Position numbers and translations under genes: made by a program. A stretch of DNA of 64,000 bases from a virus: positions 1-64,000 of the IMG/VR virus record IMGVR_UViG_3300030497_000008; one strand, 5' to 3'. Shown in pieces: positions 48,157 through 57,054 of the stretch (positions are counted from its first letter, which is position 1; every line of letters starts with the position of its first letter). Under the pieces are notes generated by a model, which was not told where the DNA came from, did not search any database, and was given only the letters and a program-made list of their open reading frames with translations.

Positions 48157-49381
48157 ATGGTGTACTTGATTCTAGCAATAGCCTTTACCCTTGTTTTCTA
48201 CTCAGTAGCTGCTTATATGTCCTATGTAACTGCATCTATCCTTCATAGAGGCTGGATATTCCGTTTAGTGTTTCCGACAGTTAAGGCTTTGCTGTTTATC
48301 ATTATTGTCTATACCTCTATTATAGCAGACATCGTTCTGTTCAACGCTTCCAAGTACGAGACTATCACTTACAAGAATGGCGTCATGTCTACGGTAATGG
48401 TTACGTCTTTAACAACAGGAAAAGAGAAAGGAGGTAAAGAAAATGCGACAAAACGAAAAATCCATTAATGCGGCTGTTCGCGATGAATTGATGGAGCTGA
48501 TAGGTACAATAGTTAACGGAGATAGGAAACAATTTCATATCTATACTATACATCGTCTAATTTCTCTAGGTCTTCTCAACGATTTCCACTTCCATTATTT
48601 AGAATGTAATCGACCTGATTGGATTAAATTACAGATTATTACTCCAAAGGATAGAATTGTGAACGTATCAATCGATATCAATTCGCAGTATGGTAAAATA
48701 GAAGATGAAGAGAGTATAGAAGTTTTAAAGGAGTTGCATGAAGAAAATAAAATAAAACAACCGTTTTACAGACATATATTTAAAATGGGGCATTAACAAG
48801 AAAGGTGGATTGTTATGGAAAACACTGAGCTTGAATATAAAATCAAGGAAATCGAGAGTATCCTAAAAGAGCACTCCGAGGATTCTGAGGATATCAGAGA
48901 AGTACTTGAAGAAATACAAGTAATCGTAAAGGACTTAGATAAAAGCGTAGCCCTTAACGAAGAAAAACAATCCCACTTACGCTACCGAATAGACTTACTG
49001 AACCAGAGGTTAGCAGCTTTAGAGACTAGAGGAGAAAAAGGTACAGATAAGCAAAGAGCTTTAGTTGAGAATGCTCTTATGGTGGTCTTAGGTGGAATTA
49101 TAAGTTACATATTTAGCTTGTCGCAAAAATAAGAAAGGATGATAAATATGGCAAGACCAATGGACGTAGAAATCACTTTAATGGACGGTACAAAAGCATT
49201 TATTCCTCAGGATGTATTCAATCGAGGTAACATTCCTGAGAAACCAGAAGCGGTAATCGGGAACGCTGTGAAAGGTAGCGGTAGTCCTGTATTCCGTGTT
49301 AACACATCAGCAGATATGAATGGGGAGTGGGAATTCGTAGTCGCGCAAAATATTTTAAAATTTAAGGTCACATATAAATAA
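48157..49381 (+). other. Late operon of four small ORFs incl. membrane and coiled-coil+TM proteins (holin candidates)
   Basis: Late promoter TGCTATATTA 48113; 48157..48468 two TM; 48815..49132 coiled coil with C-terminal TM. Confidence 0.6.
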
Positions 49382-49420
49382 AATAAAATGGGGCATACTT
49401 AAAAGACCGTATATACGGTC

Positions 49421-49669
49421 TTATTTTTTGTCCTTTAATCCCCTCACTTCCTCATCTGACAGCTCTGCAAATAAATCCCTATAGTTCATATTGAACATAT
49501 CTTCCAACTGCATCAATTTATCTTTTCTAGGGAATCTGAGACCTCGTTCCCAGTTACTAACTGTACTATAACTAACATTTAGTTTCTGACATAACTCAGG
49601 AATGTCAATATTCCTATCTAATCGAACCTTTCTTAAACGCAATACAACTTCTTTATTTTTATAAATCAT
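49421..49669 (-). CDS. XRE-family HTH transcriptional regulator
   Basis: ELCQKLNVSYSTVSNWERGLRFP. Confidence 0.9.
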   Translation of the reverse strand: MIYKNKEVVLRLRKVRLDRNIDIPELCQKLNVSYSTVSNWERGLRFPRKDKLMQLEDMFNMNYRDLFAELSDEEVRGLKDKK

Positions 49670-49850
49670 TTCTGATACTCTCCTTTATGTTAAGTTTTAA
49701 ATGTTTTTATTTAGAGTATAATACTTTGTTTACTAATTGTCAAATATATTTTTTACTATTAGTATTTATTTTATTCTTGATAGAGGGAATTAGTATTTAT
49801 TTCTGATGAAGGGAATTACTTTTTATTAAATTAAAATGGGGCAACCTAGA

Positions 49851-49987
49851 TACCCTATTTTATTTTATCTATTCTCTATATAATATTATTTATATTATTA
49901 TTAATTATTAAATATTTATTTATAATATTAGTTATTAAATATAACTCTGTAATATTATATAGACGTCCGAAAAAATAAAATAGGGTA
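49851..49987. repeat. 16-bp perfect inverted repeat flanking a very AT-rich core
   Basis: TACCCTATTTTATTTT 49851-49866 / AAAATAAAATAGGGTA 49972-49987. Confidence 0.85.
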
Positions 49988-50213
49988 CTGTGTCAGAGAT
50001 AAACCTAATAGAAGTGTGTATCAAGATGTAGAAGGTATTTACTATAGAATAGGACTAATTGTATTCATTAAGGTATAAAACATCCTCATCGAGCTCTCAG
50101 ACCCCTTAAAAGTTAAATTAATATGTGTATGCGTTGTGTAAATTCCATCAGAAATAATTATTCAGAATATTTAAAATATTTTTTATAATTACAAGGATTC
50201 TTGTATCAGATTT

Positions 50214-50223
50214 TGTTATAATA
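50214..50223 (+). promoter_or_regulatory. Late promoter motif TG(T/C)TATA(T/A)TA ahead of the ncRNA/tRNA cluster
   Basis: Same motif at 44546(-), 48113, 51700, 55064, 56865, 56935, upstream of late genes. Confidence 0.7.
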
Positions 50224-50415
50224 GAGTTGTAGGATGTTCCTCCTGCGGTATCCATGTTCTCTCCTCCTCTAACCTCGTGAAGACAAGGATATCATTCGTA
50301 AGTTTAATACGCCTTAGAGCAAATGTGCGGAAACACGTTTTCTCTCCCTTTATTAGAATTTTCTTATACCCTTTGCATGTCAGTACGATATGTAGGGGGT
50401 AACTTTTTATATCAT

Positions 50416-50488
50416 GTGCTTGTAGCTCAGTCGGTAGAGCGCCAGATTGTTAATCTGATGGTCGTTGGTTCGATTCCAACCTAGCACG
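50416..50488 (+). tRNA. tRNA-Asn(GTT)
   Basis: Cloverleaf, anticodon loop TT-GTT-AA, TTCGATT T-loop, G73. Confidence 0.9.
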
Positions 50489-50578
50489 TTATCATCCTTT
50501 CAATTATCGTAACTCATACTCAACCAAATATACGGTTGACTACACCTACCTAAGCAGGGAGACGATAGTTGAATTTCA

Positions 50579-50652
50579 TGGGTTAGTGGCTTGGTTAGCT
50601 CAGAAGCCTTGAAACAGCATCTGCGATGGTTCAATCCCATCTCTACCCACCA
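50579..50652 (+). pseudogene. Degenerate tRNA-like element
   Basis: Acceptor TGGGTTAG/CTACCCA, T arm GATGG-TTCAATC-CCATC and CCA end, but non-canonical D and anticodon arms. Confidence 0.55.
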
Positions 50653-50655
50653 CAT

Positions 50656-50729
50656 GGGAGTTTAGTTTAGTGGTAAAACCTCGGTCTCCAAAACCGAAGT
50701 CATATGTTCGATTCGTATAGCTCCTGCCA
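50656..50729 (+). tRNA. tRNA-Trp(CCA)
   Basis: TCGGT-CT-CCA-AA-ACCGA anticodon arm, encoded CCA. Confidence 0.92.
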
Positions 50730-50730
50730 C

Positions 50731-50818
50731 GGAGGGTTGGCAGAGTGGATTATTGCAGCGGTCTTGAAAACCGCCGAGGGTAAAACCTCCGTGAGTTCAA
50801 ATCTCACACCCTCCTCCA
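50731..50818 (+). tRNA. tRNA-Ser(TGA)
   Basis: GCGGT-CT-TGA-AA-ACCGC, long variable arm, encoded CCA. Confidence 0.93.
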
Positions 50819-50820
50819 TT

Positions 50821-51392
50821 GGGGATATAGTGTAGAGGTAAACACGCAAAAAGGAGCAGTAAAATGCCGACTTGTAAAAAATGTAATGTAGATTTTCCAA
50901 ACTTCATGAAAATAGAAGGTAAACGTCGCAATTTACAAAAACGTCAGTATTGTGTTGATTGCAGTCCTTTTGGTAGACGTAATACAAAACAGATACATTT
51001 AGATAACAACAAAGAGATTGAGTGTACTTGTACCTTATGTGGTAAAGATTATGTATATGCTCGTAGTACAGGATGCACAAAGACTAAATGTAACACTTGT
51101 TGCGTTAGGGTTAATAGACAGAAACTGAAAATCAGAGCGGTAGAGTATAAAGGTGGCGCTTGTCAACGCTGTGGCTATAACAAAAGTTATAGAGCCTTAC
51201 AATTTCACCATCTAGACCCAGAAGAGAAAGATTTTCAGATAGGCGGAAAAGTTATTCTATGGGATAAAATCAAAAAAGAATTAGATAAATGTATTTTACT
51301 ATGCGCTAACTGCCATCTTGAAGAACACGAATCTCTTGATAACCTTAAATTACGTCTACCGTGAAGCACGGGTTCGAACCCCGTTATCCTCG
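50821..51392 (+). pseudogene. tRNA-Asp(GTC) split in the anticodon arm by a 505-nt HNH insert
   Basis: 5' half 50821-50848 (GGGGATA, D arm GTGT/ACAC); 3' half 51354-51392 (GTC-TA-CCGTG, T arm ACGGG-TTCGAAC-CCCGT, TATCCTC-G); acceptor strands pair. Confidence 0.85.
50864..51364 (+). CDS. HNH endonuclease with N-terminal zinc fingers
   Basis: GGACQRCGY...LQFHHLDP...CILLCANCH..EH; several CxxC; RBS AAGGAG. Confidence 0.9.
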   Translation: MPTCKKCNVDFPNFMKIEGKRRNLQKRQYCVDCSPFGRRNTKQIHLDNNKEIECTCTLCGKDYVYARSTGCTKTKCNTCCVRVNRQKLKIRAVEYKGGACQRCGYNKSYRALQFHHLDPEEKDFQIGGKVILWDKIKKELDKCILLCANCHLEEHESLDNLKLRLP

Positions 51393-51538
51393 TAAACTAT
51401 AAAATCTCAGTCATGTTGAGATAGCTTAGGCGAAACCCTAAGCAAAGCATGTCCGTCCTAAGGAGACATTATAAAAAGAAGGCAAACATGACGTGGCGAG
51501 CTATCCGCAGACACGTAAAAGAATAGATAGTGATACAT

Positions 51539-51613
51539 GCCGAAGTAATCCAATCAGGTAGAGATAGCGGTTTTAGAAACCGTCCAGTGAGGGTTCGACC
51601 CCCTCCTTCGGTA
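51539..51613 (+). tRNA. tRNA-Leu(TAG), short variable loop
   Basis: GCGGT-TT-TAG-AA-ACCGT, GAGGG-TTCGACC-CCCTC, A73. Confidence 0.85.
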
Positions 51614-51622
51614 TCATATTTT

Positions 51623-51704
51623 GGCAGAATAGTCAAGCAGCAACGACAGGTGACTGTAAATCACCCCTCATTCGAGTTCGCAGGTGCAAGTCCTGCTTCT
51701 GCTA
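51623..51704 (+). tRNA. tRNA-Tyr(GTA), atypical D and T loops
   Basis: GGTGA-CT-GTA-AA-TCACC, variable arm, acceptor GGCAGAA/TTCTGCT, A73. Confidence 0.85.
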
Positions 51705-51761
51705 TATTAAAACATGACGAGAGTTTTTATTCTCGTCTATACTTATTTGAGGGGGCAATAC

Positions 51762-52598
51762 ATGATAAATGTGAAGGATTTTAGTGGATTAACACCTGCC
51801 GTACAGATACAGAATGCTATCAATGCAGCAGCCTTATCAACATCTTCATCAAAGACCGTACTGCTAGAAGAGAAAGATTATTACCTTGAATCATCTCTTA
51901 CATTGCTAAATGATGTAGAGTTATTGTTTGGCTACCGTTCAAGACTAGTTATTGGTGGTAATTTCCCTGTTTTATTAATAGGGCGAAATGCTTCTGTCAC
52001 AAATCCATTCATAGCTATCGATTCCCCGAATTTTGATTCACTTGTCTTTTCCTTTGACGGTAAGAATAAATATTACAATACATGGAATAAGACAGCTATA
52101 AAAGATGGTGTAGTCGTTAACTGGACAGGTTCTCACAAAGGTGTTGGTATCCGACTCTTTTCTGGAGGAACTGACCATGAGATTTCATTTGTGGATATAT
52201 CGAATGTCAAATTAGTCGGTCTAAGAAAAGGTATTGAGCTAGAGGCTAAAGCGCCAACAACAGGAATGGCGTGGGTAAACGCTAATAGATTCAATAACAT
52301 TTCCATAGAAGACTGCGTAGAAATGATTACGATTGACAGTAGTGAGACAATCCCAAATGAATGTAGTGGTAACATTTTCTCAGGACTTCAACTACAACCA
52401 TCTACAGCAACAACAAAAGTCTTGAAAGTAAGCGGGCAGCATAACCGATTCGATGGTATGCTCTGGGACATCTCGTTAATACCTACAGCTAAATTCGTAG
52501 ATATTACAGCGAACAGTTCCTACACGAAAATAGACTTTAATCGTTCCTTACCTAGTACGAAAGTACAGGATAGTGGGGCGAGCACAATATTACTATAG
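51762..52598 (+). CDS. Pectate-lyase-like right-handed beta-helix protein
   Basis: N-terminal NVKDF.G....IQNAINAA motif and Asn/Gly-rich beta rungs; ATG after GAGGGGG. Confidence 0.6.
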   Translation: MINVKDFSGLTPAVQIQNAINAAALSTSSSKTVLLEEKDYYLESSLTLLNDVELLFGYRSRLVIGGNFPVLLIGRNASVTNPFIAIDSPNFDSLVFSFDGKNKYYNTWNKTAIKDGVVVNWTGSHKGVGIRLFSGGTDHEISFVDISNVKLVGLRKGIELEAKAPTTGMAWVNANRFNNISIEDCVEMITIDSSETIPNECSGNIFSGLQLQPSTATTKVLKVSGQHNRFDGMLWDISLIPTAKFVDITANSSYTKIDFNRSLPSTKVQDSGASTILL

Positions 52599-52618
52599 CG
52601 CATTCGTGCGCTTTTCTT

Positions 52619-52705
52619 GGAGGGGTACTCAAGCGGTGAAGAGGTTAGTTTGCTAAACTAATAGGTCGAGTAATCGGCGCGAGGGTTCGAATCCCTTCCC
52701 CTCCT
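52619..52705 (+). tRNA. tRNA-Ser(GCT)
   Basis: TTAGT-TT-GCT-AA-ACTAA, long variable arm, GGAGGGG/CCCCTCC acceptor. Confidence 0.92.
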
Positions 52706-52845
52706 TACTAGTTTTATGGTGAGTATAGCTATACGCTGTGCTCATTTTTTATGCCCTATTTTACGGGTAGATATTTGTACATGGTATAATTAAAGTAAGG
52801 AAAAAGTGTTGAAAGCATTATATTAATAGAGATAGAGGTGTTGTC

Positions 52846-53112
52846 ATGAGCTTTCATCAAGTAGAAGATGTATGGATTAAAGCGAAGTCTCTCCTATCTC
52901 AAGGATACACGTGGATTGAGGTTGTAACATACTACAAAATGCTAGGTGGTATGAAAGTGAAGGTATACGTCTATTTAGATAGAGTGAAATATAGAATCGT
53001 AGGCGTTGCAGAAGAACCAGACAAAGTACTCCTAGAGAATAAACACGGAGAGATAATTAGGGCAAATTACACAGATGTCAAGAACGGTAGGAAGAAGTTC
53101 GATTGCGATTGA
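52846..53112 (+). CDS. Hypothetical protein upstream of portal
   Basis: RBS GAGGTG; position directly before the portal gene. Confidence 0.7.
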   Translation: MSFHQVEDVWIKAKSLLSQGYTWIEVVTYYKMLGGMKVKVYVYLDRVKYRIVGVAEEPDKVLLENKHGEIIRANYTDVKNGRKKFDCD

Positions 53113-53144
53113 GCTTTGCCCTATTTATTTTATTATAAGGTGGT

Positions 53145-54824
53145 ATGCAAATGAGCTTTTTAGACTTTTTTAGGTTTAAAAAACGCCCATCTACGACGAC
53201 ACTGGAACTTATGAATCCAGTAGATAAGCAGGAGCTATCTATTGCAATACGAGGGTTAGAAGAAGAGACAGTAATGAAGAGCGCAAACGCTGGTCAAGGA
53301 CGAGCTAAGGCGTATGAAGAGCCTATATTAGGTCAGTTCTCTATTAATCCAGATTACAAAGAAGCCCCGTCAAAAGATGGACGATACAACTTGCTAGAGA
53401 ATTTAAAAATCTGGTCAAGTAAAAATATTATTGTTAACGCAATTATCAACACCCGTGTGAACCAAGTATCAATGTTCTGTTCACCCGCCCGCTACAGCAA
53501 CAGAGGTGTCGGCTATGAGGTTCGATTAAAAGACCCATTAAAGACCCCTTCGAGTCACGAGAAAGCGACTATCGAGCGTATAGAGTCGTTTCTGGAGTAT
53601 ACAGGACGAGTCAAGGATGATTTTACACAAGATAACTTCCGAGCGTTCATTAAGAAGATTACTCGTGATAGATTAATATACGACAAAATAAACTTTGAAT
53701 TGATTTACGATAAAGATGGAGAGCTTGGTAGATTTAAAGCTATTGACGCATCCACCATTTACGTAGCAGTCGATGAAAAAGGAAAAGAGCGTAAAGGCGA
53801 TAACGTTGAGAAGTATGTACAGGTTTTAGACCGTAAGAAGGTCGCAGGGTTCAAAGCGAACGAGATGGCATGGGAAGTACATAATCCTCGAACAGACATC
53901 CACGTCGGACGATACGGGTACTCAGAACTTGAATTATGTTTAGAGCACTTACAGTACCATGCAAATACCGAGTTATTTAACGCTCGTTACTTTGCTCAAG
54001 GTGGTACGACTCGCGGGTTATTACATATTAAAACAGGGCAAGAGCAATCTCGTCATGCGCTACAGTCATTCCGTCGTGAATGGCAAACAATGTTTAGTGG
54101 TATTAATGGGGCATGGAAGATTCCAGTTGTATCAGCAGAAGATGTTAAGTTCATTAACATGACACAATCATCTCGTGATATGGAATTCGAAAGATGGCTA
54201 AACTACCTTATCAACGTTATGTGTAGTATTTACGCTATCGACCCTTCTGAGATTAACTTCCCGAACCGTGGCGGAGCGACAGGTAGTTCTGGTAGTACTC
54301 TAAATGAAACGAGTGCTAAAGAGAAGAACCGTATCTCTCGTGACAAAGGTTTAGAGCCGTTACTTAAGTTCTTAGAAGATATCATTAACAAGTACATCGT
54401 ATCTCAGTTCGGAGATAAATACATATTCGTATTCGTAGGTGGAGATGCAACGACAGAGAAAGAGATTCTAGAATTACTAGAGTTGAAAACAAAAGTCGGT
54501 ATGTCATTCAACGAAGCGCGTAAAGTACTTGGATTACCAGAAATTGAAGGCGGAGACGTTATCAATAGTGCGTTCCACGTTCAAAGTAAAGGTCAGATTT
54601 TACAAGAAAAACTTATCCAGTCTAAAGCAGCACAAGAAGGCTCAGACGATAAACAAACATCTGAGATGAAGCAGCAAGGTTTAGATGGCTCTAACGCTAA
54701 GGTATCTGGTAAAGATAATGGCGTGGGTAAGGATGGACAAGTTAAAGGTAGTCGTAACGCTAACTCTACTAAAGAGGGAGGTAAAGGCGAAAATGGAGAA
54801 ACGTATAATCGAGATACTCGATGA
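53145..54824 (+). CDS. Portal protein
   Basis: YGYSELE, NARYFAQGG..RG, FRREW....G..GAWKIPV, DMEF, IDPSEINF motifs. Confidence 0.92.
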   Translation: MQMSFLDFFRFKKRPSTTTLELMNPVDKQELSIAIRGLEEETVMKSANAGQGRAKAYEEPILGQFSINPDYKEAPSKDGRYNLLENLKIWSSKNIIVNAIINTRVNQVSMFCSPARYSNRGVGYEVRLKDPLKTPSSHEKATIERIESFLEYTGRVKDDFTQDNFRAFIKKITRDRLIYDKINFELIYDKDGELGRFKAIDASTIYVAVDEKGKERKGDNVEKYVQVLDRKKVAGFKANEMAWEVHNPRTDIHVGRYGYSELELCLEHLQYHANTELFNARYFAQGGTTRGLLHIKTGQEQSRHALQSFRREWQTMFSGINGAWKIPVVSAEDVKFINMTQSSRDMEFERWLNYLINVMCSIYAIDPSEINFPNRGGATGSSGSTLNETSAKEKNRISRDKGLEPLLKFLEDIINKYIVSQFGDKYIFVFVGGDATTEKEILELLELKTKVGMSFNEARKVLGLPEIEGGDVINSAFHVQSKGQILQEKLIQSKAAQEGSDDKQTSEMKQQGLDGSNAKVSGKDNGVGKDGQVKGSRNANSTKEGGKGENGETYNRDTR

Positions 54825-55114
54825 GCTAGAGCTTAAGCTAGACACTCGAATGTATGATGAAGATGTTTTAGAATATTACAATATCGATGAACTTGTATTA
54901 TTCAGAACATTGACAATTGATTGTCACATGCATCCTTCTATCGCAGTAGACTGTTTAGCTAGTAGAAACATCGATAGCATAAAAGAGTTGAATAAATTCT
55001 TTAGTCGATATTTACCATTAATGAAATTTAATTAACAAAAAACTCTGGTCTAAGTGGTACTTTTGCTATATTAATAACAGTTGAATTCGTACCACTTAGA
55101 AAGGAGGAAAATAT

Positions 55115-55927
55115 GTGCATACAGTCGTAGACAAAGCAACAGGAATGTTCAATATGTTCGTTCCAATCGATATCAAAGAATCTATCAAAAAGAATGATGA
55201 CACACCTTCTGAGCGCTCATGGTACTTACAAGGTTACGCTACAACTACAGACTTAGATAGACAAGATGACATCGTAGACCCAGCAGGTATTGACATTAGC
55301 TACTTTATGAATCACGGATACATAAATTACGAACATAAACAAGGTGACTTCTATAAAGTCGGAGTTCCTACGGAGGGTACATACGTAGACCCCGATGTAG
55401 GTCTATATCTTGAATGTAAGTTATACAAAGAAAATCCTTATGCAAAGAGCATGTGGGACTTAGCGAATAACATTTCTAAATCTGGAATTGATAGGAAACT
55501 AGGATTCTCTGTTGAAGGTTTCTGTTTAGCCAGAGACAAAGATGACCCAAGGATTATGCGTAAACTCCGCGTAACGAACGTAGCTGTTACCACTAATCCT
55601 GCTAACCCTCAAGCTACATGGGAACACATCATGAAAAGTTTCCAAGCAGGTTATGGAATTACTCCCGAAGATTCAATCGATGCGGGAGCGTTAAGCCCAG
55701 AAAACTTCGCTCGTAGCCTATACAATTTAACATGGGCTCTTAAAGAGACTGACGATAGTAAATTTGAAGAAGTATGGAAGAAGGTAGGTATCTACTTAGA
55801 TGATATGAATAGAAACATGCCTGAGTGTGCCGTACTATTCTTACAGATTTCAAAAGGTATGTCTCGTTCAGAAGCCTTAGAACATATAAAAACGGTGTAC
55901 ACACCTAATAAAAAGGAGAATGAATAA
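55115..55927 (+). CDS. Prohead (capsid maturation) protease
   Basis: GYATT..DRQDDIV, INYEH, GFSVEG, VAVTTNPANP. Confidence 0.9.
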   Translation: MHTVVDKATGMFNMFVPIDIKESIKKNDDTPSERSWYLQGYATTTDLDRQDDIVDPAGIDISYFMNHGYINYEHKQGDFYKVGVPTEGTYVDPDVGLYLECKLYKENPYAKSMWDLANNISKSGIDRKLGFSVEGFCLARDKDDPRIMRKLRVTNVAVTTNPANPQATWEHIMKSFQAGYGITPEDSIDAGALSPENFARSLYNLTWALKETDDSKFEEVWKKVGIYLDDMNRNMPECAVLFLQISKGMSRSEALEHIKTVYTPNKKENE

Positions 55928-56835
55928 TGGCAGAAGTTAAAATTTCAGAATTAACAAAAGAGTTAGAAGAGGTATCAAAATCTGTTGCGATTCCCGTAGA
56001 CGAAGTAGTTGCTCCAGAAGCCCCAGAATTTAAACCTGAGGATAAAGAAAAGGAAGAAGACGAAGTAGTCGAAGCTCCTAAGGAAAAGAAAGAAGATAAA
56101 GAACCTGAGGATAAAAAGGAGGAAGCACCAGTGGAAGAAGTAGTCGAGAAGTCGGATAAAGAAGACAAGAAAGACGAAAAGGAAAAAGAAAAAGGTAAAG
56201 AAAAGTCCGATAAAAAAGAGGATAAGAAAGACAAAGATAAAGATAAAGATAAAGAGGATAAAGAACCAGTAGCGAAATCTGCCGAAGCTTTAATCTCTAA
56301 TGGTGAGTTAATCTCAGCATTCGAATCTGTTGTTAAATCTTATGGTGCAGTTGCAGAGTCTCAAAACGGATTAGCAGAGCGATTAGAACGTATCGAGAAA
56401 TCAGTCTTACCTATGATTGAGAATATCGCAAAACACATCGAAGAGCTTAAAGCTAAAGAAGTAGTAGAAACTCCTGCCGAAAAGCCTAAGGAAGAAGAAG
56501 AGGAAGTAGTAGAAGAGGATAATACCGAGGATACGAAACCAGAAGAGAAAAAAGAAGAAGTCTCTAAATCTATGAACGACGACCTAGAAGGCAAAGGAGT
56601 AGAATACGTTCAGAAATCTGCGGATAATGTTTTAGTAGAGGACGAAGAGGAAGCTCCTGAGGAAGAAGAAGTCTTCAAAGCTGCTGACCACGTTAAGGAG
56701 GTAGTAAACTATTACACATCTGGTCAAGCTTCTGCTAACGAGCAATACTTCTTATTCGGTGCAGTAAACCGTGTTAAAAACGGTCGTGAAACAGAAGAAG
56801 ATGTTAGAGCTTTCCGTGCTATTGTAGGTAAATAA
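55927..56835 (+). CDS. Scaffold-like acidic/Lys-rich head assembly protein
   Basis: E/K/D low complexity, recurring (V/E/A)KS sites, between protease and capsid genes. Confidence 0.65.
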   Translation: MAEVKISELTKELEEVSKSVAIPVDEVVAPEAPEFKPEDKEKEEDEVVEAPKEKKEDKEPEDKKEEAPVEEVVEKSDKEDKKDEKEKEKGKEKSDKKEDKKDKDKDKDKEDKEPVAKSAEALISNGELISAFESVVKSYGAVAESQNGLAERLERIEKSVLPMIENIAKHIEELKAKEVVETPAEKPKEEEEEVVEEDNTEDTKPEEKKEEVSKSMNDDLEGKGVEYVQKSADNVLVEDEEEAPEEEEVFKAADHVKEVVNYYTSGQASANEQYFLFGAVNRVKNGRETEEDVRAFRAIVGK

Positions 56836-57054
56836 TTAGAAAATTAGAAAAACATAGTACGAAGTGTTATATTATACTCGTAAGCTCAAAAAAGGATTGG
56901 TAGCGACCTCCTCCTAAGCTACCTCTCCTCCATGTGTTATAATAAATATATAGGGGAAAACAAGTGGCGGTCGAGTACCGCACGTAAAAGTCAGAATACT
57001 CAGAAAATTTAGTTTATAAAAACAAACAAATCATATTGAAGGGAAGAATAATTA

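Noticed and set aside
48157-49132. Definite holin assignment
   Set aside because: Several membrane ORFs are candidates; none can be identified from sequence alone
50700-51784. ORFs 50700..50900(-) and 51530..51784(+)
   Set aside because: They overlap clear tRNA genes
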